A DNA stretch of 63,855 bases, the filler included. It is 14 parts of 14 records of this genome, joined end to end, with 100 filler letters (N's around TTAATTAATTAA, not from the genome) between each part and the next. Parts side by side here need not be neighbours in the genome. Positions count along the whole stretch, not along the records: positions 23,506 to 29,445 come from SRR7504441_16768; positions 29,546 to 34,338 come from SRR7504441_16785; positions 34,439 to 38,547 come from SRR7504441_16786; 11 more parts are not named here. One strand, 5' to 3'. Positions 23,627 through 34,737 of the stretch are shown here, one piece after another. Both the position numbers and the translations under genes were made by a program. Each line of letters begins with the position of its first letter. The first letter of the stretch is position 1. The notes beneath the pieces were generated by a model. That model made no database searches. It saw only the letters and a program-made list of their open reading frames with translations, and was not told where the DNA came from.

Positions 23627-24301
23627 ATGGCATCGTTGCTGCTCAAATCGGCGTATGAGCTGGCCCGGGAGGAGAACATCCGGCGGAACCAGGCGGTGCT
23701 CGCCGCTCTCGGGGTGCCCGCCGCCGCCGAGCAGCTCGCCCCAGCCACCGAGCCGCGGGCGCCCCGCCCCAAAAAGCCGCGCCCGGCCCCCGGACCGCCG
23801 AGCCGGGCCAGCAAGCGGCAGCGGGGCGAAGAGGCCCCTGGGCAGTCGCCGGTGCGCGAGGCGTCCGGGGATTCGCGGCCGGAGGCGTCCAGTCAGGTGT
23901 GGGTGGACGAGGCGGTGTATGACGAGCTGGTGCGGCGACACCGGGCCCGTGCGGACCGGTTTGTTGCCAACCCGACCATGAATTACCGGGAGGCGCTGGA
24001 ACATACTTACATGCGGGTGCGCACCATGACAGTACCCAAGCTGCTGGTCCGGGTGAAGGCTATCGAGCGGGCTGCCGGAGCGAATTCGCTTCAGAAGATG
24101 AGAGTATTTGCGGAGGTGCTGATCATCGAGGGGATCGACGAGGTGGCCGAGGAGGCCGAGGCCGCGCTCGGGCGGCTGTTGGCACTGCCCAAGTTCAAGG
24201 CCATGTTTGTGGAATCGATGGACGGCGCCGCCGGGGAGACAGAGCAAGAGGAGCCGGCCAGCCAACCTGGCGAGCAGCCGGCGGGCGATCCTGGCGAGTA
24301 G
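23627..24301 (+). CDS. Hypothetical nuclear protein with a YExxRxxNIxRNxxxLxxLG motif
   Basis: SAYELAREENIRRNQAVLAALG (a motif common in chromatin proteins such as CDCA7), a basic NLS-like stretch and a helical C-terminal domain. Confidence 0.7.
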   Translation: MASLLLKSAYELAREENIRRNQAVLAALGVPAAAEQLAPATEPRAPRPKKPRPAPGPPSRASKRQRGEEAPGQSPVREASGDSRPEASSQVWVDEAVYDELVRRHRARADRFVANPTMNYREALEHTYMRVRTMTVPKLLVRVKAIERAAGANSLQKMRVFAEVLIIEGIDEVAEEAEAALGRLLALPKFKAMFVESMDGAAGETEQEEPASQPGEQPAGDPGE

Positions 24302-24667
24302 GCCTGGGCGTATCGCCGTGTCGGCTGTCGCAGGCGACCCAAGGAGGCGCGGGGGGGGGGTCGGATGGTTCGCTGACATCGACTCGCTCGCTGTTAGTTT
24401 GGTTATCCATTGTTGTTGATTTAGTTACTGCATTCAAGTCTGAACGAGGAGCTAGCCACCATGATCGTTTTTAGGTTCTCTTATACATGCATGACAATTC
24501 CCACTCCAAGGCTCGCCGGTTGCAACGAACAAAAGTCTACTTAGACAAGCCGGAGCAGTGGGAGCACAGTGGGAGCGAAGACTCGTAGACTGAGCCGCTG
24601 ATCGGAGACTGAGCTATTGGCAACCTCCTTACGTAGGCGCCAACCGATACGCCTTTTATTGTCCAGA

Positions 24668-25648
24668 TCAACCAATTGGTCCCGAGTAGCTATAGCTTCT
24701 ACCGGCCACCGGCACAAAAGCTGCCGGATCACCTAGAATGTCAAACGCTACACTTGGGCCACGCAAGTCGTCAGTGGTGTGCACCTCGATGTGCACGTGC
24801 GGTTCGGGCGCAAACCCTACCTGCCCGGCCAGACACAGCTGCTGCCCGGCTACAACAGCCTCGCCCCTCTTGACTGAAGCGCTCCCCGGCTGGATGTGAA
24901 CATACTCAATCACGAATCTCCCGGCAGTCAATGCCAGCGAGTTCCAGTGGGAGAGATTGTCGCAGTGGATCCCGGATACGGTCTCGTGATCGCGCACCTC
25001 TGTGATCGTGCCGTCGAGCACTGCTAAGATCGGCGTGCCTGCAGCGCACCGGAAGTCTATTGCGTGATAGCTCTCTGGGAAAAAGTGGGTGAGCGCCCCG
25101 CCAAACCCTTGGGTGCACAGCCACGGCCCTCGCTCGGGAGGCCCCAGCGGGAAGTGACCAAACGAGAGCTGGGGGGGCATGTCCGGGTTGGGGTGCCTGC
25201 AGTGCCGGAAGTCGAGTTTGTAAAGGTCCAGCTCCTCAGCATCGACCGGTCGCGCCAGGTGCACCACCCCCCGCCGCCGAAGCACTACAACGAACGTCAC
25301 GCACGGCACTGCCGGGCCCTCCGGCCCCTCAGGCAGCCAGCTCCCCACGGCGAGCAGTGCGCCGTCGGCACCAGCTAGCTCGATCCGCGGGCCGTCCGAT
25401 GTGACGGATATGTACACCACCCGCGCGTGGGCCCGATCGAAGTTGAGGACCGAGAGCCGGTCGGTCAGCTCAAGCTGGACCAAGGCGTCCTCGTCTCTCC
25501 GGAGCGCACGCGGCAGCTTGGCCGAGGCCGGCAGGCTGGCCTGCCCAAGCACCCAGGGCGCCGGCTGGCCGGTGTGCGGGTCCTGCGCGATGTGGCACCC
25601 GCCGCACCCCGAGGCCAGCAGGTTGAGTCCCCTCTCTCCGCTGCACAT
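24668..25648 (-). CDS. Peptidase family M23 protein; intronless
   Basis: HxxxD (YHAIDF), GTPILAV, YVHIQPGS, VKRGEAVVAGQ, G+VGFAPEPHVH (HxH). Confidence 0.88.
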   Translation of the reverse strand: MCSGERGLNLLASGCGGCHIAQDPHTGQPAPWVLGQASLPASAKLPRALRRDEDALVQLELTDRLSVLNFDRAHARVVYISVTSDGPRIELAGADGALLAVGSWLPEGPEGPAVPCVTFVVVLRRRGVVHLARPVDAEELDLYKLDFRHCRHPNPDMPPQLSFGHFPLGPPERGPWLCTQGFGGALTHFFPESYHAIDFRCAAGTPILAVLDGTITEVRDHETVSGIHCDNLSHWNSLALTAGRFVIEYVHIQPGSASVKRGEAVVAGQQLCLAGQVGFAPEPHVHIEVHTTDDLRGPSVAFDILGDPAAFVPVAGRSYSYSGPIG

Positions 25649-25825
25649 CCGGTGGACTCTACAGCCAGTCCCAGTGCCCGGCAGCTAAAATAACGGAAAA
25701 ACACCGGCGTTGCAACAGTGGCAGGTTGGCAACACTGGGCGGCTACACGCGGCTGACGGGCCGGCAGGCGGCCGGGCGTTATCTGAACCGGTCTTTCTAG
25801 TACTCTGGTCAGCCAGGTCGCGCTG

Positions 25826-26911
25826 ATGGCGCACTCACTCAGGCGATTGAGGAAGGAACTCAAGGCATTCGACCCGCTACCGTGCTGGCTGACCGGCATG
25901 GATTTGGACGAGCTGCCGTTTGGGATTACGTTCCACGTCCGGCCGCTCTGCTCCAACTGCCGCTCCGACACCCCCCCGGCCGGCCGGTGCTACTGCGCGC
26001 TGTGCCCCTACGCGGCCGGCAGCTTCAGGCTGCACCTGGCAGTCCCGGGCGACTACCCATTCAAGCCGCCTCGGGCCAGCTTCGAGGACGCCCGCCAGAG
26101 CCCGGGCAAGCCGCACGTGCCGTGTGCGTTCACGGACGCCTCCGGCTGTCTGTGCACCTGCGGCGGGTTCCAGAGCAACTGGTCTCCCGCACTGACTATT
26201 CGGCACCTGCTCACCGACATCGTGGACAATATGTTTGAGCCGTTGGGATTCGTGCTCGAGCAGTTCCACACCGACTACCGGCTAGACCCGATGTGGCGCG
26301 ACCGGAGGCCGTTCATTCGGCTCATTCTGCTCGGGCTCGGCTGTCCTGAGAGCCCACTGAGCTCGCTCAATCCTCACTTAGTCCGGTTGATATGCGGCAG
26401 CGTGTGGCGGCCCGAGGTGATGGCGTTTCTGTCGTCGCGCCGCTGTGTGGCCTATCTGGACGTGATGGCGACTGGGTCGCAGCCACAGCTGCGCCGTCCG
26501 CTGCACGTGTGTTGGGGGGAAATGGAAGCCGATGAGGCTCCGGCCGACAGCCCTGCAGAGGTGCTGCGCAGAGTCAAGGTCAAGACGCTCACGGGAGAGG
26601 CGCATTTCCTGCCGGATCTTGATTGCAGCATGCTGGTTGAGGAGGTCAAGGGGCTCCTGCAGGAAGTTACGGGGACTGCGGCCCGTAACCAGCGGCTCAT
26701 CTTCGCAGGCAAGGAACTCGTGGACGAGCGCAGGCTCGGGGAATATGGGCTTGTGGACGAGTCGACGCTGCACATGGTTCTGCGGCTGGAAGGTGGGGCT
26801 GTCAAGGCCTCAATGAGCAACTTATGTGTGCTCGATCACGACGTGCTAGATGAGATGAAACACGATTGGCCTAGATTCGACGCCCGCGTGAGGGATTTAA
26901 TTAATGATTGA
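25826..26911 (+). CDS. Ubiquitin-conjugating enzyme (E2)-fold protein with internal F-box-like motif and ubiquitin-like domain
   Basis: [57 protein letters not shown]...[10 protein letters not shown]...[12 protein letters not shown] at about 26570-26797. Confidence 0.85.
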   Translation: MAHSLRRLRKELKAFDPLPCWLTGMDLDELPFGITFHVRPLCSNCRSDTPPAGRCYCALCPYAAGSFRLHLAVPGDYPFKPPRASFEDARQSPGKPHVPCAFTDASGCLCTCGGFQSNWSPALTIRHLLTDIVDNMFEPLGFVLEQFHTDYRLDPMWRDRRPFIRLILLGLGCPESPLSSLNPHLVRLICGSVWRPEVMAFLSSRRCVAYLDVMATGSQPQLRRPLHVCWGEMEADEAPADSPAEVLRRVKVKTLTGEAHFLPDLDCSMLVEEVKGLLQEVTGTAARNQRLIFAGKELVDERRLGEYGLVDESTLHMVLRLEGGAVKASMSNLCVLDHDVLDEMKHDWPRFDARVRDLIND

Positions 26912-26992
26912 AGAATCACAATACTCTGAATTGATTTACGCTTGAGAACTACTTAATTAGCCGTTCAAGGCAACCACTGGTTATACTAATTA

Positions 26993-28501
26993 TCATGCAT
27001 TCTTCAGTAAGTTTGACCTTATCTTGATCATTGCCTTCGGGATCTTCAGCCCAGGCGCCGCTGCAGCTTTGCGGCTCTTCCCAATCCGTTGGGACACAAT
27101 CGCAGCCTTGGGAGCAATCGGCAGGCATAGCGGCGCGGCGAACGCTGCACCACAGATCAGCCGGTAGCAACTCAAGGCAACGACCGTTGCACACGCGGTC
27201 AGGGTCACCGTGGCAGAGCGCCACCAGCGCCATGCCCGCCTTGAAGCACTCGAGCACCGTGCACTCGCCGTGCTTTCTCGCCAGCCATTCAAACTGCCCA
27301 AACTCCAGCCCATCCTGCCACCAGCTCAGCTCCGACTATCACCTGGCAGCTCCCGACCTCCAAGCTAGCGCAGCCCGGGTTATCGGCAGCGTACGAAGCC
27401 TCGAGCCGATCAAACAGCTCGGGGATGGTATCGGCCAGCTTGCCGCCGCAGTGCGCCGCGTCGGCGAGCAGCTGGAGAAGTGCTTTGATCGGCATCTTCC
27501 GCTCGCCTTGCCTACAGTAGAGCCCCCACACCCAGCGCAGCTTGCCGCGCCGGCCAGCAGAGGCGAACCGGTCCGCCCACGCCGCGAGGGCGCTCAAGGT
27601 GACCAGGTGGTCCGGGCCGGCGCAGCCTCTGAGCACGCGTTCCGTTACGACTGAAGGCTCGAGCCCGAGTTTGACTCTGAGCTGTCCTGCAGCAAGCGGG
27701 ACGCTGCTAGGCCGGGCGAGCAGCGCGCCGGGCCCAGATATCGCCTGCGCCGGGGTCAAGTTCAGATCAGGGCGGGGTTGCCTTGGTCCGCCATTGGCTG
27801 ATGAGCCGTCTCGCGAGCTTCCTCAATAACCCGGCCGACCACACAGGCAGTCGCCAGCCTGCGAGCAGCCTTTGCCGGTCGCTGAGTGTCCGATGGTCGC
27901 ACTGGCCGGCATTGTACAGCGCATGCTCCTGCAGCGCCTCGGCCCAGCTCTGGTGGCTGTGCCGGTCGGGCAAGATGAAATGGCTGCGCTGGTGGCCTCC
28001 GGATGGACTGGTAAGCTCCAGCTCGAGGCCCTCCGGCCGCCAGGCCACAGACCCGAGCACCGACACCACTCTGCCCTCCCCCGCCGGCTCCGGCGCGCCC
28101 TCGCTCTTAAACCACCGAAGGGCTCCCCCTGAGAGCACCCCGAGCCTTCGCTTGCCCCGAACGGTCAGCCAGCCAGCCATCGTCCTCGGGGCCGGGCCGA
28201 GCGCCGAAGCCAGCCCGGCCTGCTGGTGGAGCCGATGCAAGTCGACCGGGCCGCTGGCCACTGCCAGGGTGAGCTCGCGCTGCTGGCTGAAGAGCCGGAC
28301 CACCTCAGGGTGTCCGAGGCCGCGCAGGTCGGCACCGTTCAGCTTGTAGATCAGGTCGCCCGGGGCAAGCCGCTCGGCCACAAGGCTGCCAGGGCGCACG
28401 GCGGTCACGCGCACCCCGCCGGGCGCCTCCTCGAACCGCAACCCGGCCTCCTCGCCGGCTGCACGCGCCAGCAGCACAACGCTGGTTTGCATTTTGGACA
28501 T
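26993..28501 (-). CDS. PDZ + PH domain protein
   Basis: PDZ (GLRF...VTAVRPGS...LAPGDLIYKLNG...HPEVVRLF), PH (AGWLTVRG...LRWFKSE...SWAEALQ); three introns of about 37-43 nt. Confidence 0.75.
27745..27781 (-). other. GC-AG intron (37 nt), PDZ-PH gene
   Basis: AAG|GCAACC...TTGACcccggcgCAG removes the stop and joins two ORFs in frame. Confidence 0.7.
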
Positions 28502-28656
28502 TTTGTGTTTTGCGTGATTTTTCTTTTGACTCGAATTATAATTAGCAGTGCTACGACGATTTCAAGAAGCGCATCAGGCTCCCCGGCTGGGCCAATCGGG
28601 GCAGGGCGCAGCGGCGGCACAGCGGCGGGGGCCCGGCTAGACTGTTGTAGCGCAGG

Positions 28657-29445
28657 ATGAACGAGATCAAGGCCATCGTGGATGGGCTCAACCGCGAGCC
28701 GTTCAACAAGGGGCTCACCCTGGTGGCGTTCGACGAGCTGTCGCCTCTCGACTTGCTGGTCCAGCTCAATCATGTGCTGGCCTACCTCTCAACCGACAAC
28801 GAGGTGGACATGCGCCAGGAGCCGCCGGATCAGACCGCCCAACGGATCGGCAGCTTCCTCCGGGTGATGCAGTACCGCACCCCGATGCAGCCGGTGGAGC
28901 TCGGGCAGCAACTTGTCCAGGGCGACCGCAACTGCACCTACAGCGTGCTTAGCTTCCTGTTTGCCCGGCTGCCCGACCTGAAGAAACGGGCCTACCTGGC
29001 TAAATATCTGATAAATGTCGATCTGCCCCCAGAGCTGCTCAGCGACGAGGAGATCCTGGCGACCTACCAGCAGTACAAGGAGCTCCAACGGGCCTTCACC
29101 CAGGTGCACAAGCAGGTGGACGCAATGCGCAACGGAAATGTGTCGCCGGACGCGCTCCGCGAGAAGATCGGCGAGGTAGAGAACGAGAAGAAGGAGCTGG
29201 ACGACAAAATCGAAAAGATGAAGCTGAGAGTCGACCACGACGACCCAGACTCCTTCCTGGCTGTGGTGCGCCCAGCCGCCGGCGAGGCTTGAGTGGCGGG
29301 ACAGGCGAGCTCGATGCGCCGGAGTGAGGAGGAGAAGAGCAAGCTGGCGGATGGGATTAAGGAGCAGCGAGGGCTGCTCAAGCTGCAAGAGAGCAAGAAG
29401 CTACGGGAGCAGCAAAAGCAAGTTAAGCTCATGTTCGAACCAGCG
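28657..29445 (+). CDS. IFT81: Intraflagellar transport protein 81, 5' part
   Basis: IKAIVDGLNREPFNKGLTLVAFDELSPLDLL (CH domain), LKKRAYLAKYL; one 39-nt intron near 29266. Confidence 0.95.
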
Positions 29446-29545
29446 NNNNNNNNNNNNNNNNNNNNNNNNNNNNNNNNNNNNNNNNNNNNTTAATTAATTA
29501 ANNNNNNNNNNNNNNNNNNNNNNNNNNNNNNNNNNNNNNNNNNNN
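29446..29545. other. Artificial contig spacer
   Basis: N44-TTAATTAATTAA-N44. Confidence 0.98.
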
Positions 29546-29775
29546 GAGCTCGCTGAAAAGTCGACTTGGTGATCATGATAGGAAGTCTTAAGATCTATGG
29601 GCAACGGGTTGGATTCGGAGCCGGTACTGCGTATTTATGCAGCACTTTGATCTCCTAAGTGTCGGTGCGTTAAAATCGTTGGACCCGGCTTACTCGGCCG
29701 CTCTCGTGTAGCTCTCGTGTAGGTAGTTGATTACATGTACTAATTACAAACCTCATTTGAAGAGTGGGTTTTATG

Positions 29776-30899
29776 TCAAATAAACATTTGACCTGGTGGC
29801 CTGAGCACGACCTCCCCTGGCACAACACGGAAATCCGGTGACTCCACCGCATCTTGCAACAAACCGGCCACCTCGCCCTGGTTCCGCTCGCGAGCCAACT
29901 CGAGCGCCGTCTGCCCATTCTGCATGGCCCAAGGACTCACATCCGGCCGCCCCAGGCCGCCATACCCCAGCGACATTGTGCACGTCGGCCTTGGCTTCGA
30001 GCAGCAGCCTTGTAATCTCTCCAAAACCATTCGCAGCGGGACCGTACAACGCAGTAAACCCGTCCTGCCCTCAATCCGCGCCCAGCAAATGCCCGCCAGT
30101 CACGTTTTCTAAGGCCTGCACATCGGCCTTCCCGGCCAGCAGCAGCCTGACGGCCTCGGTCTGGCCCTCACCAGCGGCCAAGTAGAGAGCCGTCCGGCCA
30201 TCCTGCCCAGCCTGTGGACCCCGCACAGCCCACGGCGCACCGAGTCGGAGGCTCGAGGCTCTGCCCTGGCGTCTAGCAGCAGCCTGACAACTTCATTGTG
30301 CCCCATGAAAGCTGCGTGAATCAGTGCTGAGCTCCCGTTAGTCTCCTTAGCGTGCACATTCGCCCCCGCGCCGAGCAGCAGCTGCACTGCGGCCGCCTGC
30401 CCGCGATGCGCAGCGTGAATCAGCGCGGTCTCGCCCGCCTGACCAACCGCCTGAGTGCCGAGCGCCCGACCGGCCACCGGACTGGCAGCCTGCACGTCAG
30501 CCTTGTGGTCCAGCAGCAGCCGAACAATCTGCGTCTGCCCGTACGCCGCTGCCCGATGCAGCGCCGTCCCTCCGGCCTGCCCAGGCCTTCGGTCCCCGAA
30601 CGCCCTGGCCAGGTCACCTGGTCCCTAGCCGAAACCACCACCCCCCGGTTCTGCGCCAGCATCATGCCCAGCCGGGCAAAATCGCCCGCATCCACCGCCT
30701 CGATCACATCCAGCGGCGCCAGCAGCCGTGGCAGGCTCGGCCCGCTGGCCTCCCGCAGCGCGGCCCGGAGCCCCGGGATGGCGGCCTGGGCCTCCTCCGG
30801 GCTCCGAAACTGGCCTCGCGTGAACGTCTTGCCCTCGAACGTAAAGTGGGCGCTGTAGTAGCCTTGCCCCCCATTCCCGGGAGACTCAGTCGCCGGCAT
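29776..30899 (-). CDS. Ankyrin-repeat protein with N-terminal AP2-like segment
   Basis: About six ankyrin repeats (GxTALHxAA...IVRLLL..KADV). Five phase-0 introns of 38-46 nt each fall just before GxTAL. N-terminus YYSAHFTFEGKTFTRGQFRSPEEAQAA. Confidence 0.85.
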
Positions 30900-30937
30900 T
30901 TACTCAGTCGCCGGCGTAGACTCAGTCGCCGGCATTT
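30884..30937. repeat. 3 x 18-nt tandem repeat (actcagtcgccggc-attt/gtag) over the ankyrin start codon
   Basis: Units at 30884, 30902 and 30920. Confidence 0.92.
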
Positions 30938-30973
30938 GCCGTTAGAGCTTGGCCAGCTTCTCCCACAGGACCG

Positions 30974-32351
30974 ATGGTGCTGTTCATGTGCGAGCGATGC
31001 GGGCTGGAGCTGGCCTCGCCGTTCGTCCGGCGGGCGCACCAGCTGAGCTGCGACGGCTCGCCCCCAGAGGAAGCCGCCCCGCTCCCGATCAAGCCCGAGG
31101 AAATCCCGGCCAGGCTCGCCCGAGTCCTCACCGCCGCGCTGGCCGCGGAGCCCGCCGCACAGACCGGGCTGATCCGGCAGAAGCTGCGAGCGGTGGGGCT
31201 GCTGCCTGTGGTCGACACCGGCAGACGCTCGTCCCAGCGGCCGGTGCAGCTTGTGCTGCTAGCACGGGCCTTCAGGAAGATGCAGGAGGACGGCAGCCCG
31301 ATCCAGCCGCTTGTCGAGCTGGCCGTGCGGTCGGCTCGCGAGTTTCTGGTGCCGGCATCGCTCCCGCTCGTGCTGGCGGCCGGGGGCGGAGCCCAGGAGC
31401 TTGTGGGGCCGCTGTATTCCGTGATGGCCGAGCCGAGTCTGTTCTCAGTTATGTTTACGGAGGAAACCTACGCGAGGCTGGGCGAGATGGGGAGTGCGTT
31501 GCTCACCCAGGGCTGGGCCGTGCACCGGAAGGTGCTGCCGGAGCGGGTGGCCGCGGGGCTCTGCAGGGAGGTGAGAGAGAAGCTTAATTTAGAACAAGAC
31601 ATGCATCAGGCCAGTATCAAGACTGACGCTGGTAGAGGAGCAAACCCGTTCCTGGTCGGTGCAAGAGACCCTTACTGCGCTAACCAGGGCCACGCATTTG
31701 TGAGTGATCGAGATCGGCGAGGGGATCGGGTGCGGTTTATGGATGGCTGTGACAGTGCTCGGCCGCTGTGTTCAGCTCTGGTCGGTCCTGCAAGCGAGCA
31801 GTGTTCACGGAAGGATGGGACAGGTGCAGCTGATGCGGACCGACCTGCAGTGCAGCCTAGTCAACCACTTCAGGTGGCCTGGCCGGCCGCTTTGGTGATC
31901 GAGCTGCAGACGTAACGGCGGACCGGCCATGAGCCACCCTGACCATGTGCTCAGCCCTGGAATGCTCGCTTGCTACCCAGGAGATGGCGCTAGGTTCACG
32001 CCGCACCTTGATAACGACCCACTAAGCCCGGACACACGGCTTGTGACTGCCATTCTGTACCTGAACGAGCACTGGGAGCCGGACGCCGGTGATGACCTGC
32101 TAGTGCCGGCTTGAAGCAGGTGCAGGCGGCGAGCTGGCGCTGCATCTCGAGGGCGGTCAGAAGCTGATCCCCCCGGAGAGCAATACGCTTGTCTTGTTTA
32201 TGAGCCACAAGGCTGCGTTCTGGCCGGCCGGCGTGTGAGCGGACGGCAGGTGCGACACGAGGTGCGGCCTTCACGCAAGCACCGGTACGCGATCTCTATG
32301 TGGATGGATGCCCCGTCGATAGAAGACGTGCACGGCCGACCAGGTCGATAA
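30974..32351 (+). CDS. 2OG-Fe(II) oxygenase, EGLN/PHD prolyl-hydroxylase-like, with N-terminal C2HC finger
   Basis: RGDRVRFM, MLACYPGDGARFTPHLDN (HxD), VTAILYLN, GGEL, VRHEV (H), RYAISMW (R); four introns; N-terminal CERC-x12-HQLSC. Confidence 0.88.
32212..32249 (+). other. GC-AG intron (38 nt), 2OG oxygenase
   Basis: Removal gives LVLFMSHK-VRHEVRP, placing the distal iron-binding His in frame. Confidence 0.88.
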
Positions 32352-32526
32352 CACAATGCGTCATATAGGAGTCACTATTTCTGATTTAGTATAACTATGT
32401 TGAGTGCTTTTCGGACCGGCCAAATCGCATCTGATCTCTCTCACGCGCATTGAACAAGACTTGACGTTAGACTCTAGTCTATCTAACTGACTCGGCACTC
32501 GGTCGGTGCGGTGCAGTCGCATCAAC

Positions 32527-34140
32527 ATGGCCGCCAGCACAGACCTCTCGCTGGCGATTCCGTCGTACGAGCGTGCGTCCCTAACCCGGCCCGGCCGATC
32601 TGGGTGGCAGAATCTGCGGCCTGGGCGTCGGACGGCTGGAATTTCATCGCTGCTTGCCTTCAGAACTCGATTATCCTGCTAGGCGGGCTCTACTTTGCGC
32701 TGGCCCCGATGTTCAACCGGTCCCGCGAAATGGAGGCCCGCCCCCCGCCCAGCCCAGCCCGCCAGCCGCTCAGTCAGCCGTTGGTGGACGACTCCGGGCT
32801 CGCATATCAAGTAGCCAAGCCGACGACCGACGGCCTGTCCCCAATCGTCGAGCTGGAGGCTGGCCCGGCCCCGGCTCCGGCTGCCAGGCGGCCCCGGCTG
32901 TTCTACTTAGACAACCTGAAGTCGTTCCTGACCGTCACGGTGGTGGTGCATCATGTCTGGTGCTGCTTCGCGGCAAATTCGGGCTGGACTCTGATTGTGG
33001 TGGCGTGCCCAGACCTGACAGAGGCGGTCAAGTACGGTGGGGCGCTGATCGGACCGGAGTGCGTCGCAAACAGGGGCTTTGTCTGGGGCTTTGCCAACTA
33101 TTTCCTCGGGCTGCAGCAGAATTATTTCATGGCGCTGTTCTTCTTTGTTTCAGGGCTGTTCGTCCCGACTAGTCTGGACAGGAAGGGGATTCACGAGTTC
33201 CTCAAGGACAAGTGGAAGCGGTTGGGGTTGCCTACCCTGGTCTGGTACCTTCTGCTGGGCCCGCTGTGGGTCTGGATGACGCTCCAAATTGCTGGAGCAA
33301 AGTTCAGTTACGGTAGCCACAACCTCTGGATGGTCCCCGGTCCGCCCTGGTTCACAATGTGGCTGCTCTGGATGAGCACTGCTTACGCCTTCACCGACGG
33401 GCCCAACTGCGTGCTCGGGCCACCTGGTCTGGGGCAGCTGCTGATACTAGGACTGCTCATCGGAGGCTGGATGGCAGTGATGACTGGCACAGGATGGGCC
33501 TCAATGACCGGGGTGCCTCACCCCCTGGGCCGTTAGCCGAACTCTGGGGCAGGGCATCCGTTTCTTTGTGCCGTACGTGCTTTTCTTTGCCGGAGGGGTT
33601 GCAGCCAAACGAGGCGACTGGCTGCAGCGGCTGCCCAGGCTCCCCACTGGCACAGTCTGGTTCGTCCGGATGCTGGCGCTGCTGCTGGCGCTTCTATCCT
33701 GGCTGCACTGTTGGTCGCTCCAAAAGCACCGGGACAAGCAAGGAAAACTCTACGAGGGTTGGCCTGAGTTCTCGCAGTACGACTCTTTGCTTGCAGGGAT
33801 CTGGATGGTGATTATATCGCTCGCGGAGCTCGAGTTATTCGGGCGCTACTTCAACGGCCAGGGCAAATTCTCCAAGTTCATGGCCGAAGCGGCCTATACC
33901 GTGTACATCATACACCCATTCATTATCAACTTGACCACATGGTCGCTGGTAGCTTGGAACGATCACAAGTGGGCGGTCAATCCGTCGACCGGGCTGCCAC
34001 AGGCGGTTGCACTGATCGAGTCGGAGGGCGAGGCGGTGCTCTGGTGGGGCTGGCTTTACACTTCGGTGGTAAGCAACTTGATTGTCTGGCCGATGGCCTA
34101 CTATCTACGCAAGCTGCCAGGCCTGCGAGACATCCTGTAG
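32527..34140 (+). CDS. Acyltransferase-3 family (OpgC/MdoC-like) membrane protein
   Basis: RLFYLDNLKSFLTVTVVVHH, YFMALFFFVSG, FLKDKWKRLGLP, GPPWF, AAYTVYIIHP; 38-nt and 40-nt introns. Confidence 0.88.
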
Positions 34141-34338
34141 ACAAAAGAGCTACGTGTATGACTGCCTATAATTATGCGCCCAGGCGATATACATCTATGG
34201 TGACGATCCGACGGTCTTCACCATCTTGTACTACAAATTAAATACTTGTAATCCTAAACGCAACTCATAAAAAATCCGTTGCACATGACGGGGCGAGGCC
34301 ATTCCCTGGCCCCGTCTCTGACAGCGGACGCCGCGCTT

Positions 34339-34438
34339 NNNNNNNNNNNNNNNNNNNNNNNNNNNNNNNNNNNNNNNNNNNNTTAATTAATTAANNNNNN
34401 NNNNNNNNNNNNNNNNNNNNNNNNNNNNNNNNNNNNNN
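34339..34438. other. Artificial contig spacer
   Basis: N44-TTAATTAATTAA-N44. Confidence 0.98.
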
Positions 34439-34737
34439 GGCGTCGAGAACATTTGAGCGCGGAACCAGAACCAGCCACCGAGGACGGGGTGCCCTGAATC
34501 TTATATGAATCATACCTCTTGAGATCGGATATCACTCGAGAGGAACCAAATTGCGAGAAAAAGAAAATGTTCAAATTGAGTATTAAATTGATCATTACAT
34601 AATTATCGTAGAATTATGTCGTGTTAATGTCGTGTCACACACGAATGACACTGTGCTCGTACGCTTACACACCGGCGATACTCATGATCATGATCAACAT
34701 TCACAATAATTAATGACGAATTTTGTCATCGACCGGT

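Noticed and set aside
30884-30937. CRISPR array
   Set aside because: Three abutting 18-nt units with no unique spacers and no cas genes.
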